Position numbers and translations under genes: made by a program. DNA of 64,000 nucleotides from Waterburya sp. (GTDB taxonomy: Bacteria; Cyanobacteriota; Cyanobacteriia; Cyanobacteriales; Xenococcaceae). Shown piece after piece: positions 8,759-17,301 of the stretch. Each line of letters opens with the position of its first letter. Position 1 is the stretch's first letter. Where the stretch lies: NCBI GenBank assembly GCA_965217895.1, contig CBDCJV010000002.1, positions 3,520,001 to 3,584,000 of the forward strand, given 5' to 3'. The notes under the pieces are model-generated. The model was not told the origin of the DNA and searched no databases. It was given only the letters and a program-made list of their open reading frames with translations.

Positions 8759-9294
8759 TTGTCGCAGTTATTGATTCCTGCATCATTTTCGGAATGCCTT
8801 TGTGCGATACACTTTTGAGAGCCGCAGAACAAAATTTATATCGAATTATTCTATTTCAAAAAATACTTGAAGATGCCACTCGCAACATGGTTATCAAAAG
8901 TAAACTCAAAAGCGATCAAGAGCAATATTACCAGCAACAAATTCTAAATGCCTTTGCCGATTGTTTTGTAGAAGCTCCACCAAACCTGATTGAATCGATA
9001 ACTAATGCCACATCTGATCGCCACGTTGCGGCAACTGCGATCGCTAGCAATGCTAGTTATATTGTAACTTTCAATCTCAAAGATTTTTCTCAGACTTCCC
9101 TCGCTAACTACGATCTCGATGCCATACACCCCGATCTGTTTTTAAAATTATTATGCGATCGATGGGGAGATGAAAGATTATACCGACTGATTTGTCAACA
9201 ATCGAACGCTCTCCAAAATCCCCCTATTTCTCCTGAGTTACTTTTGAATAAACTAGCGCGTCAACAATGCGATCATTCAAATTTGAAGTTTTGA
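8755..9294 (+). CDS. PIN-domain protein
   Basis: AVIDSCI...DRHVAATAI...IVTFNLKDF...HPDLFL. Confidence 0.85.
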   Translation: MIVAVIDSCIIFGMPLCDTLLRAAEQNLYRIILFQKILEDATRNMVIKSKLKSDQEQYYQQQILNAFADCFVEAPPNLIESITNATSDRHVAATAIASNASYIVTFNLKDFSQTSLANYDLDAIHPDLFLKLLCDRWGDERLYRLICQQSNALQNPPISPELLLNKLARQQCDHSNLKF

Positions 9295-9372
9295 TTTATT
9301 TTGTCTTGCGGAGCAAATTCTCCTCTATAGAGGCGATGTCCAGTTTTCCTATGAGATCGCCATAAATAACAA

Positions 9373-9650
9373 TTATCTAATAGTCACCGAATGTTCTAGA
9401 TTTTCCGAGAAGGAAGCCCAATCAATTGCACCTTCGGTATCGGCTTTTGGAGATGCCCTAATTTTGCTCAAATCTGGTTTATAAGTTACTCTGACGTACT
9501 CGGTAAGGCTTCTTGATGTCGAATGTATCTTGCCACCTGTTCGGCTTTTACCTTGAATGATTCACCAGTAGAAAGCCAAGTCGCAAAGGTTTCTTGTAGC
9601 CCTTCTTCTCGTTCTTCTCCAGTCAAAGATTCATCGTCGGCGATCGCACT
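9373..9650 (-). pseudogene. Internally deleted phage Gp157-like gene remnant
   Basis: AIADDESLTGEERE..LQETF..WL.TGESFKVKAEQVARYIRHQEAL, then in another frame EYVRVTYKPDLSKIRA...SVTIR*. Family call is from memory of cyanobacterial Gp157 proteins. Confidence 0.5.
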
Positions 9651-10262
9651 AATCGCATCATCTACAACTAACCCTGTGGCTAGAATCAAGCCAAACAAAG
9701 TCAAACTATTGAGTGAAAATCCAAAGATAAAAGCAAACCCCAATGCACCTATTAGTGATACGGGAATTGCCACGGCGGGAATAACGGTGGTGCGCCAATC
9801 TTGGAGGAAGATAAAGATAATGATGATTACTAGAGCGATCGCCTGAAGTAAGGTTATAAAAATCTCAAAATTTTAACTACCAAATTTTCAAACTCAGCTT
9901 TACCTTGAAGACGACCTTGAATCTTAACTGGTAGCTCATAATCTTGATCTCCAGGGTTAGGCTCTTGACCGATAGAACCTGCACCCACTACTACGTTTTG
10001 CGAACTAACCGCTTGAGATACATCCAATACGGTTAATCCTCTAGCTGCTAAAGCTTGAGAGTCTAGCCAGAGACGCATCGCATTTTGTTTTGCGCCGAAT
10101 ACGGTAACGTCTCCAACCCCCTCAATCCGCTTTAAAACATTAGTGACATTGGCATCAACATAGTTACTAACGAAAATGTCATTGTAGACTCCTTTTTCAC
10201 TATAAATACCAAAGATCAAGAGGATGCTACTAGATGCTGCTTCAGTAGTAACCCCCCAAGTT
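9650..10262 (-). pseudogene. Two fragments of an RND (AcrB/HAE1) efflux permease
   Basis: FLQDWRTTVIPAVAIPVSLIG...LTLFGLILATGLVVDDAI and LKRIEGVGDV.VFG..AMRLWLD...QGRL; the intervening and flanking parts are missing. Confidence 0.85.
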
Positions 10263-10264
10263 TG

Positions 10265-10872
10265 GTAGGGCTGTTTCATTCTAAAGCTAAAGTGGGTTAA
10301 ATTGATTTAAAGAACTAATTTAACCGCTTAATGACTTTAAAAAACTTTGATAAAAGCTTAATTGACTATCTAAAACAAATACCTGATGAACGAAAAGCTG
10401 GTGGTCGAAGGCATTCTTTGTGGCTGATATTATTGATAACGATTTTAGGCATAATGAGCGGTTATTGGGGATATCGAGGTTTGGGCAGATTTGTCGAACG
10501 GCATCGCCGTCAATTAATTGAAACGCTCAAAATCCCACAAGCTAGAGTTCCATCTTATTCGACAATGAGAAGGGTAATGATGAGCTTAGACTATGAGGCA
10601 GTAACTCAAGTATTTAATGAATGGGCATCTCAGTATACTCACAATAGTCAAGGTCAATGGATTGCAATTGATGGCAAAAGTTTGAAAAATACTGTCAACG
10701 ACTGTTATGGACAACAGCAAAACTTCGTCATGATGGTTTCGATTCTATGACCGAGGCAATCAGTTATTTAAGCCATAATTTGCCATTATTACTTCCTTTG
10801 TGCCACTGATAGGAATAGTAAATATACTTATTCGCGATCGCATTTCTTTTTTAGAGAATGAAACAGCCCTAC
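10265..10872 (+). mobile_element. Internally deleted ISAs1-family IS
   Basis: 18-bp perfect terminal IRs GTAGGGCTGTTTCATTCT (10265-10282 and 10855-10872). Transposase N-terminus at 10331-10750 (IPDER..GRRH, PSYST, IAIDGKSLK) is joined to a short C-terminal stub. Confidence 0.85.
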
Positions 10873-11065
10873 TCCTCAACGGGGGGAGAGACTTGGGTTT
10901 GTATGATGACTAGTCATAATCCTTGTTATAGGAGTTCCTGCACTCTCACGGATATTCAGTTATCATGGTTCAGATTTGACTTGCTGTATAGCAATTAGCC
11001 ATTACCATGTTAGTAGTCCTCGTACTAAATAATTAATACTTTTATACTAAACGAGTCGCACGTAT

Positions 11066-11563
11066 ATGATTCCGTTGAAACCAGAAATCGAGCAGGAGTC
11101 ATATCAACATTTAATTACAAAAACAGATTTATTTGAATTGATAAACAATTTATGCAGGAGATATCATCGAGATCTGGTGAACAAAAACTTTGCTCATATC
11201 AGGCAATATTTTCCAAGGTTTGCTACTGAGCAAAAATATAGAGATTATCAAAAATACTTTACTAATAATTTTGATATTATTTATCTGCCTAAAATTCTAG
11301 AGATAGCTGTAGTTAGCTTTAAAGCTGAAGCTAATATTTTTAGAGTTCAAATTAATGCAGAGATAATAAATTTTGCCATTTCTGCTTCAGGATATGTGTT
11401 GGCTGGTGAACCGCAAACTCAAAAATACAGCGAATATTGGGATATTGAAATTATTGCCAATGATGAATATTACATTAAAGAAATTAGTGACACAGTGGCT
11501 ACTCAAATTTTGCAAGGAGATTTGCAAGCAAAGCGAGAAACTTATCAAATAGGTGGTGTTTAA
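11066..11563 (+). CDS. Hypothetical protein (Tim44-like C-terminal pattern)
   Basis: Clean ORF; RVQINAEIINF...YSEYWDI. Confidence 0.5.
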   Translation: MIPLKPEIEQESYQHLITKTDLFELINNLCRRYHRDLVNKNFAHIRQYFPRFATEQKYRDYQKYFTNNFDIIYLPKILEIAVVSFKAEANIFRVQINAEIINFAISASGYVLAGEPQTQKYSEYWDIEIIANDEYYIKEISDTVATQILQGDLQAKRETYQIGGV

Positions 11564-12094
11564 AACGGGTGCATTATATCAATTGAGAATTAACAATTAA
11601 CAATTAAAACTATTTTCTAAGCGACAGGATGACAGACTTCTATTGATGTAAAATCGACAAAATTAATCTCTATTACTTTACCTGTACAGATAGATTTGTA
11701 GAAAAGCGATGCTACCTCGCTGGAATTTCCCCAGTATGATAAAGGACTTGTCCGTATATAGCAACTGACCTGCGCCCCCCTCTCGTTCAATACTTAAATT
11801 CTCTTGTTTTAACCAGAGGTAAAACTTTTGACTTTTCAGCCTTTCTTTCAATTTTTGTCGAACTCTCACCTGTGTTGCTAAGTCATATTGCGGATTTTTT
11901 GCTCATATTTAGAGCATTTAGTTAAGTCAAATGACTGATGTTTTGCTCAACCACAACACTTAATATGATTAAAGATACTTCTCGAACATTTCCAGAGCTT
12001 ACATAGTGAGAATAAATTGTAGGCTCTGGTTTTACTTTTTACCCATTGCTATCTAAACTGAGCATAATAGCTATTATTGTTTATTATTCGACTA

Positions 12095-12892
12095 TTGGCG
12101 AAACAGCGATTAGATAAATTATTAGTCAGTCTTGAACTTTGTGATTCTCGCGCTTTGGCACAAAGTTTAATTAGAGCAGGAAAAGTAAAAGTCAATCAAG
12201 AAATTATTGATAAGCCAGGCACTGAAGTAAAGCTTGATGCCCAAATTGAGGTCAAGGAAAAGCCTCCTTATGTATCTCGTGGCGGTAAGAAATTAATCAA
12301 AGCTCTGCAAGCCTTTAATATTGATGTGCAAGACCGAATTTGTTTAGACGGTGGGATCTCTACAGGAGGATTTACCGACTGCTTATTACAGTCTGGAGCA
12401 AAGCTAGTTTACGGAATTGATGTCGGTTATGGACAGGTTGCCTGGAGCATTCGTACGTGCGATCGCGTTATCCTCAAAGAAAGAACTAACATACGCCATT
12501 TAGCTCCTAATCAGCTATACAACGATGGGACAATGGCAGATCTAGGAGTAATGGACTTATCGTTTATCTCTTTAACTAAAGTACTTGAGCCTTTGTGGAA
12601 TCTATTAACGACTCCAAAAGAAGCAGTACTTTTAGTCAAACCTCAGTTTGAAGTAGGACGAGCCAGAGTGGGCAAAAAAGGTGTGGTGCGTAACCTCGAT
12701 GATCGAGCCTCCGCTATCTTACAGGTTTGGCAATCAGCCCAAAAGCTAGGTTGGCAATACCAAGGACTGACCAGATCTCCCATTACTGGGCCTGCGGGTA
12801 ATGTCGAGTATTTATTATGGTTAAAAGCTGACCCTGCTTTAGAACCTAAATCCTTAGATTTGGCAAAAATCAAACAGATAGTTGATGAGTAA
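12095..12892 (+). CDS. tlyA: TlyA-family rRNA methyltransferase
   Basis: S4 domain KQRLDKLL; YVSRGG, DGGISTGGFTDCLLQ, LVKPQFE, GPAGNVEYL. Confidence 0.93.
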   Translation: MAKQRLDKLLVSLELCDSRALAQSLIRAGKVKVNQEIIDKPGTEVKLDAQIEVKEKPPYVSRGGKKLIKALQAFNIDVQDRICLDGGISTGGFTDCLLQSGAKLVYGIDVGYGQVAWSIRTCDRVILKERTNIRHLAPNQLYNDGTMADLGVMDLSFISLTKVLEPLWNLLTTPKEAVLLVKPQFEVGRARVGKKGVVRNLDDRASAILQVWQSAQKLGWQYQGLTRSPITGPAGNVEYLLWLKADPALEPKSLDLAKIKQIVDE

Positions 12893-12922
12893 AAACTAAT
12901 GAGTTTACTTGACGACTAACGA

Positions 12923-13312
12923 CTAACTAATCAAAGTATCTTTAGCACCTTTTGGTTGTCGTCTTTTTGACTGTTCGCTCTTAGAGCTTGATTGATCTTG
13001 ACCAGATGATGTTTCTATTTTGATTAAAATTTTTGGTCCAGAAGCTGCCAGACGAAAAATCATGCCATCAAGAGCTTTAGTTTGTTCAACCCGTTGCCCA
13101 TCTATATAAGTGCCGTTAGAACCGAGATTTACTACTTCCCACTCATCTTCTCCTGATTTTCTAATCTCAACATGATTGCGAGATACGACAGCACTATAGA
13201 GAACCACCTCATTATTGGTGGCACGACCAATTTTGATACTTGGTTCGTCATGAAAACTCCAGCTTTGAACTGCTACTGATTGAAGAGGATGTAATAAAGT
13301 TAATGTAATCAC
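12923..13312 (-). CDS. FHA-domain protein
   Basis: IGR...VSRNH...NGTYIDG. Confidence 0.88.
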   Translation of the reverse strand: MITLTLLHPLQSVAVQSWSFHDEPSIKIGRATNNEVVLYSAVVSRNHVEIRKSGEDEWEVVNLGSNGTYIDGQRVEQTKALDGMIFRLAASGPKILIKIETSSGQDQSSSKSEQSKRRQPKGAKDTLIS

Positions 13313-13538
13313 AGATACGTCCTTTAAAGGAGAGCTTATGGTCTAAAAGCCAGAAGAAAAAGTTCTGGTGATAAATGTATTTAGGACACTATATATTTGG
13401 GCATATTTTTAATTCAGAACATAAAAATAAGCAAATTTACAATTTCAATACTAGCCGATCGCGACAATTGTGTCTTATATTTGGCTGCATAGTGGGTAAA
13501 ATATAGCAAAAATTACAGCAGCCTGACGCTAATTATCG

Positions 13539-13862
13539 TTAACGCCAATTTTTATTCTCTAAATCTCTTATTTGACGCTCAAGGCGATCGATACGTCCTC
13601 GTAACTCATCCATTTCTGCCTGACGTGGTACTCCCAAATCTTGGAGCATATTTTTCATCTGTCTTTCAACCTGCTTTTGCACTCCCCCAGACTCCGTATT
13701 TAGCTGAGACATAAAATCGTCTACCAAGGATTTTGCCTGATCGGAATTAAGTTTGCCGTCTCTAACCCATTCATCACTAACTTCTTTGATTTTTTCTGCC
13801 ACTAAAGAAGTTGTGCCAATCCCAACCATTAGTAACTGCTTTAGCCAATCATTATTATCCAT
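13539..13862 (-). CDS. Phasin-family protein
   Basis: LLMVGIG...DEWVRDGKL...DELRGRIDRLE. Confidence 0.75.
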   Translation of the reverse strand: MDNNDWLKQLLMVGIGTTSLVAEKIKEVSDEWVRDGKLNSDQAKSLVDDFMSQLNTESGGVQKQVERQMKNMLQDLGVPRQAEMDELRGRIDRLERQIRDLENKNWR

Positions 13863-13948
13863 TCGTATATATCCTCATCTTTATTTACTATGTTATTAGA
13901 TCGTAGAATAGCTCAACGTAAATATAACTAATTTCTTTGTAAAATTAT

Positions 13949-14269
13949 ATGGTTATTGAATGGCTCAAGTTTAGAGTAGACCCTAAATCGCGGGAACAGT
14001 TTATCCAACAAGATGAAGCGATCTGGACTGCTGCACTTTCAACTTATCCTGGCTATATCGGCAAAGAAGTTTGGATTGAACCGACTGCACCTGCCAAAGT
14101 AATTTTTATTATTCGTTGGCAAACTCGCCAACAGTGGAAATCAATTCCGATGAAGGATTTGGCAGCTATTGAACAAAAGTTTTCCCAAGCAATGCGAAAA
14201 ATGAACATCAGCTACAAAATGACGGAAAGTAAAGAATTTCAAATCCGCAAATTCCCCTCAAATCAATGA
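13949..14269 (+). CDS. Cyanobacterial ABM-like protein (TIGR03792-like)
   Basis: MVIEWLKF.V...EQFIQQDEAIWT..L..YPG..GKEVW. Confidence 0.75.
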   Translation: MVIEWLKFRVDPKSREQFIQQDEAIWTAALSTYPGYIGKEVWIEPTAPAKVIFIIRWQTRQQWKSIPMKDLAAIEQKFSQAMRKMNISYKMTESKEFQIRKFPSNQ

Positions 14270-14354
14270 ACAATGATCAATAAACAATTATCAATTCTTT
14301 GCTCATCCATACATACGACTCAAGCCTTTGTCCCTTATCCATCATCCCTTTACA

Positions 14355-14717
14355 ATGCTTACTTGTCCCAGATGTAAACAGCCTGTAGATTCTCAAGCAG
14401 CCACTTGTCCTCACTGTAACAATCAGTTAAAAGCTTTTGGTCATCCAGGTATGCCTTTGTACCAATCAACAAACAAAGAAGCGTTGTGCGATCGCTGTAC
14501 CTATCACCTTGATGATACCTGCAATTTCCCTCAACGCCCTAATGCTCAAAGCTGTACCCTCTTTCATGACTATTCAATACCTTTAGTCCCAGAAGCGGAT
14601 ATTCCTGCCAGCAAAGAGGGTTGGGCAGGAATTAAAAACCGGCTCTATCGCCATCGGGGTTTAGTTGCGATCGCACTTTTGATTCTTGTATGTGTGATAT
14701 TTGTTTGGGCTAGATAA
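14355..14717 (+). CDS. Zinc-ribbon membrane protein
   Basis: CPRC, CPHC, CDRC motifs; C-terminal TM. Confidence 0.75.
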   Translation: MLTCPRCKQPVDSQAATCPHCNNQLKAFGHPGMPLYQSTNKEALCDRCTYHLDDTCNFPQRPNAQSCTLFHDYSIPLVPEADIPASKEGWAGIKNRLYRHRGLVAIALLILVCVIFVWAR

Positions 14718-14723
14718 AATAAT

Positions 14724-15959
14724 TCAAGATTTTATTTTTTTCTGATCTAAGCGTGCTGCTGCTTCTAGTGCGGATTTGTTCCTAGCCCTTTGAGCATAAT
14801 GCTCTAGCTGCTTTATTTCCATCCCGCCTAAAATACTCAAGTCTTCTAAGTCTATTCCTCTCATTAGCATTTCTACACACCAGGTTTGTCTGGCTTGTTC
14901 AATTGTAGGCGGTTCTCCTTGAGGCGTTAACAAGTCTGCGGTTAGCTTTTGCCAAGTGCTGGCTAATTCTGCCCTGGCGATCGCCTCACCTGCATCACTA
15001 ATAAATATTGCTGCTCGATCGTCTTTACGGCTTTTGAGCCATTGAGTCAAAGGATTGATAGAACTTGAGCCATAGCGGTAGCCCATAATCCAGCGATTTA
15101 TAGGCACTTGACGCACTTTTCCATAATTAATTTGTAAGATATTTTGCTGGGGTTCAACCACCGAATGCGATCGCTCTAGGTGCAAGACTTCTTCTACAGA
15201 CAAGCCTGCGCCGAACAAAACATACATCAGAGCAAATTCCTGTCTGCCAGCTTTTTTTGCCTGACGAAACAGCGATCGCACTAAGCTGGCTGGTAAATCA
15301 GCTACTTCTGGCGGTTCGACTTTGACAATACTAGTTTCGCTAACCTCTAATTCGGAAGCAGATGTAGTAAAACCTTGTAAAAATAAAGTCACCAGACTGG
15401 CTAAAAAATCATCCTGTTCATCCCAAAGAGTATAGCCTTCGCAGCTAGACTGGACGACAAAATAACCCATCAAGATAAAGTTTAGGAGGTTGACAATTTG
15501 CTCAGGAGTTAAACTGCTATCTAACTCTTCTTTGGCGATCGCTTCTTCTAAATACTCGGCTACATAACGATTAGCTTCACTCAACCCTTTTCCCAAAGCT
15601 AAACGATTTTCGATAGGATAGTTTCCCGATTCCCCGACAATAGAACGAACTAAATCTGGTGCTTTTTCTAGGGTACGCAAGCTTTCTTGAGCATATTCCT
15701 GTAGAAACTCTGCCACACTATCTTTAGCATTTGCCTGTTCTACTAAGGCATGAACTAGTCTAGCAAATACCGCTGAATCTTCGATCACGGCTAAAAGCAA
15801 GCGATACTTGTTGCCAAAATTGCGAAATAGAGTTACTTCATTTACCTGAGCGCGTTCAGCAACAGCTTTAGTAGTAGTTTCGGTAACACCTCGCTCGGCA
15901 AATAAGTCTAAGGCAGCTTCAATTAATCGGGCTTTGGTGGATTTTCGGGGGGTTGACAT
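14724..15959 (-). CDS. TetR-family regulator fused to a degenerate tyrosine-recombinase-like domain
   Basis: N-terminal TetR HTH (LFAERG...AERAQVNEVTLFRNFGNK); C-terminal FALMYVLFGAGLSVEEVLHL...RQVPI...ARQTWCVEMLMRG.DL..L..L.G...HY. Confidence 0.85.
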   Translation of the reverse strand: MSTPRKSTKARLIEAALDLFAERGVTETTTKAVAERAQVNEVTLFRNFGNKYRLLLAVIEDSAVFARLVHALVEQANAKDSVAEFLQEYAQESLRTLEKAPDLVRSIVGESGNYPIENRLALGKGLSEANRYVAEYLEEAIAKEELDSSLTPEQIVNLLNFILMGYFVVQSSCEGYTLWDEQDDFLASLVTLFLQGFTTSASELEVSETSIVKVEPPEVADLPASLVRSLFRQAKKAGRQEFALMYVLFGAGLSVEEVLHLERSHSVVEPQQNILQINYGKVRQVPINRWIMGYRYGSSSINPLTQWLKSRKDDRAAIFISDAGEAIARAELASTWQKLTADLLTPQGEPPTIEQARQTWCVEMLMRGIDLEDLSILGGMEIKQLEHYAQRARNKSALEAAARLDQKKIKS

Positions 15960-16077
15960 AAAGATGAAATCGATATCTAAGACAAACTCGCTCAAGCTGA
16001 ACATCATTTATTTCAGCTATTTGCCTCTATTTTAGGCAAACATATAATTTTCATGACTGTTAGTTTAAACTAAAGAA

Positions 16078-16142
16078 TGCAAGTACTACTTGCAAAAAAA
16101 AAATGCACCTGCTAAACTGCAATTATGTAAGTGACACTTGCA
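16078..16142. promoter_or_regulatory. Twin 17-bp palindromic operators around a -10 element
   Basis: TGCAAGTACTACTTGCA (16078-16094) and TGTAAGTGACACTTGCA (16126-16142), with TGcTAAACT between them. Confidence 0.75.
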
Positions 16143-16251
16143 GAACTTATTTAAAGTAAAAACTATAAGCACAGCGAGAGTCTCATAGTATACGCGACCA
16201 GCGTAATCCCTAAAGCTCACAACTTAGAATATTTTTAGGATTAGTTTAATA

Positions 16252-17106
16252 ATGACACAGCAATTAATTGCTCCCAAGAGTCAGCCATCAAGCCAGCCAG
16301 TGGCTCAACCAGAAGAAAAACTAAAATTATCTTGGGTTAACATCTTCTTTTTCGCTGCATTTCATCTTATTGCCTTAACCGCACCTTGGTTTTTCTCTTG
16401 GTCTGCTTTAGGTGTAGCAATCTTTTTTCATTGGTTGTGCGGTAGCATTGGTATCTGTTTGGCATATCACCGCATCTTAACTCATCACAGTTTGGAAGTA
16501 CCTAAATGGTTAGAGCGTATTTTAGTGACCTGCGGCGCGCTGGCACTCCAAGGTGGTCCTATTTTTTGGGTAGCAGGACATAGTTTGCACCACGCTCACA
16601 CAGAAGATAACGATAAAGATCCTTACTCGGCAAAAAAAGGTTTTTGGTGGAGTCACATGGGCTGGTTGATGTATAAGCAAGACAAATATTTTGACTACGA
16701 CCAATACAAGAAATATGCACCTCGCGCAGACAGAGATCCCTACTATCGTTGGTTAAACAAGTACTATATCCTAGTACAAATCGCTCTTGGTTTAGCCTTA
16801 TTAGCTATAGGCGGTTGGTCTTTTGTTATTTACGGTATCTTTGTCAGAGCAGTGACATTGTGGCACTGTACTTGGCTTGTCAATAGTGCAACTCACTTCT
16901 GGGGCTACAAAAACTTTGAATGTGAAGATGGTTCTCTAAACAATTGGTGGGTAGGTATATTGGCTTATGGCGAAGGCTGGCACAACAACCACCACTTCAA
17001 TCCTCGTGTTGCCAAAGCTGGTCAACGCTGGTGGGAAGTTGATGTTACCTGGTGGGCAATTAAAGTCCTAAAAAGTTTAGGATTAGCCAAGAAAGTCGTG
17101 ATGTAA
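16252..17106 (+). CDS. Delta-9-type fatty acid desaturase (DesC/Ole1-like)
   Basis: His boxes HRILTH, HSLHH, HNNHH; GEGWHNNHH. Confidence 0.92.
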   Translation: MTQQLIAPKSQPSSQPVAQPEEKLKLSWVNIFFFAAFHLIALTAPWFFSWSALGVAIFFHWLCGSIGICLAYHRILTHHSLEVPKWLERILVTCGALALQGGPIFWVAGHSLHHAHTEDNDKDPYSAKKGFWWSHMGWLMYKQDKYFDYDQYKKYAPRADRDPYYRWLNKYYILVQIALGLALLAIGGWSFVIYGIFVRAVTLWHCTWLVNSATHFWGYKNFECEDGSLNNWWVGILAYGEGWHNNHHFNPRVAKAGQRWWEVDVTWWAIKVLKSLGLAKKVVM

Positions 17107-17126
17107 AATTAACTGAAAAATTTATA

Positions 17127-17155
17127 GCGATCGCGAAGATAGCCGAAGGCATCGC
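17127..17155. repeat. HIP1-associated small dispersed repeat
   Basis: GCGATCGCGAAGATAGCCGAAGGCATCGC, similar to the 681-706 insert. Confidence 0.55.
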
Positions 17156-17187
17156 TTTTGTTTAAGGTCTATTTACCGTATGTAACT

Positions 17188-17229
17188 AGCTGAGATACTC
17201 GAATTATGTTTCCAGAAGAGTATCTCAGC
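17188..17229. terminator. Hairpin between convergent genes
   Basis: GCTGAGATACTC...GAGTATCTCAGC followed by T-rich sequence. Confidence 0.6.
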
Positions 17230-17301
17230 CTTTGTTTTCTTTCTCATTTTCGTCGAACTCACGTCAAAAAGAGAAGAAAGGCATCAAGTTATGACTTTTG
17301 A

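Noticed and set aside
9486..9773. 95-aa ORF as a real protein
   Set aside because: Chimera of an RND TM fragment and a Gp157-like fragment joined near a HIP1 site.
11678..11869. 63-aa ORF
   Set aside because: GTG start, no recognisable motif; cannot be supported.
14724..15300. Active integrase or prophage boundary
   Set aside because: Catalytic Arg/His positions are degenerate, no att-like repeats are seen, and the neighbours are housekeeping genes.
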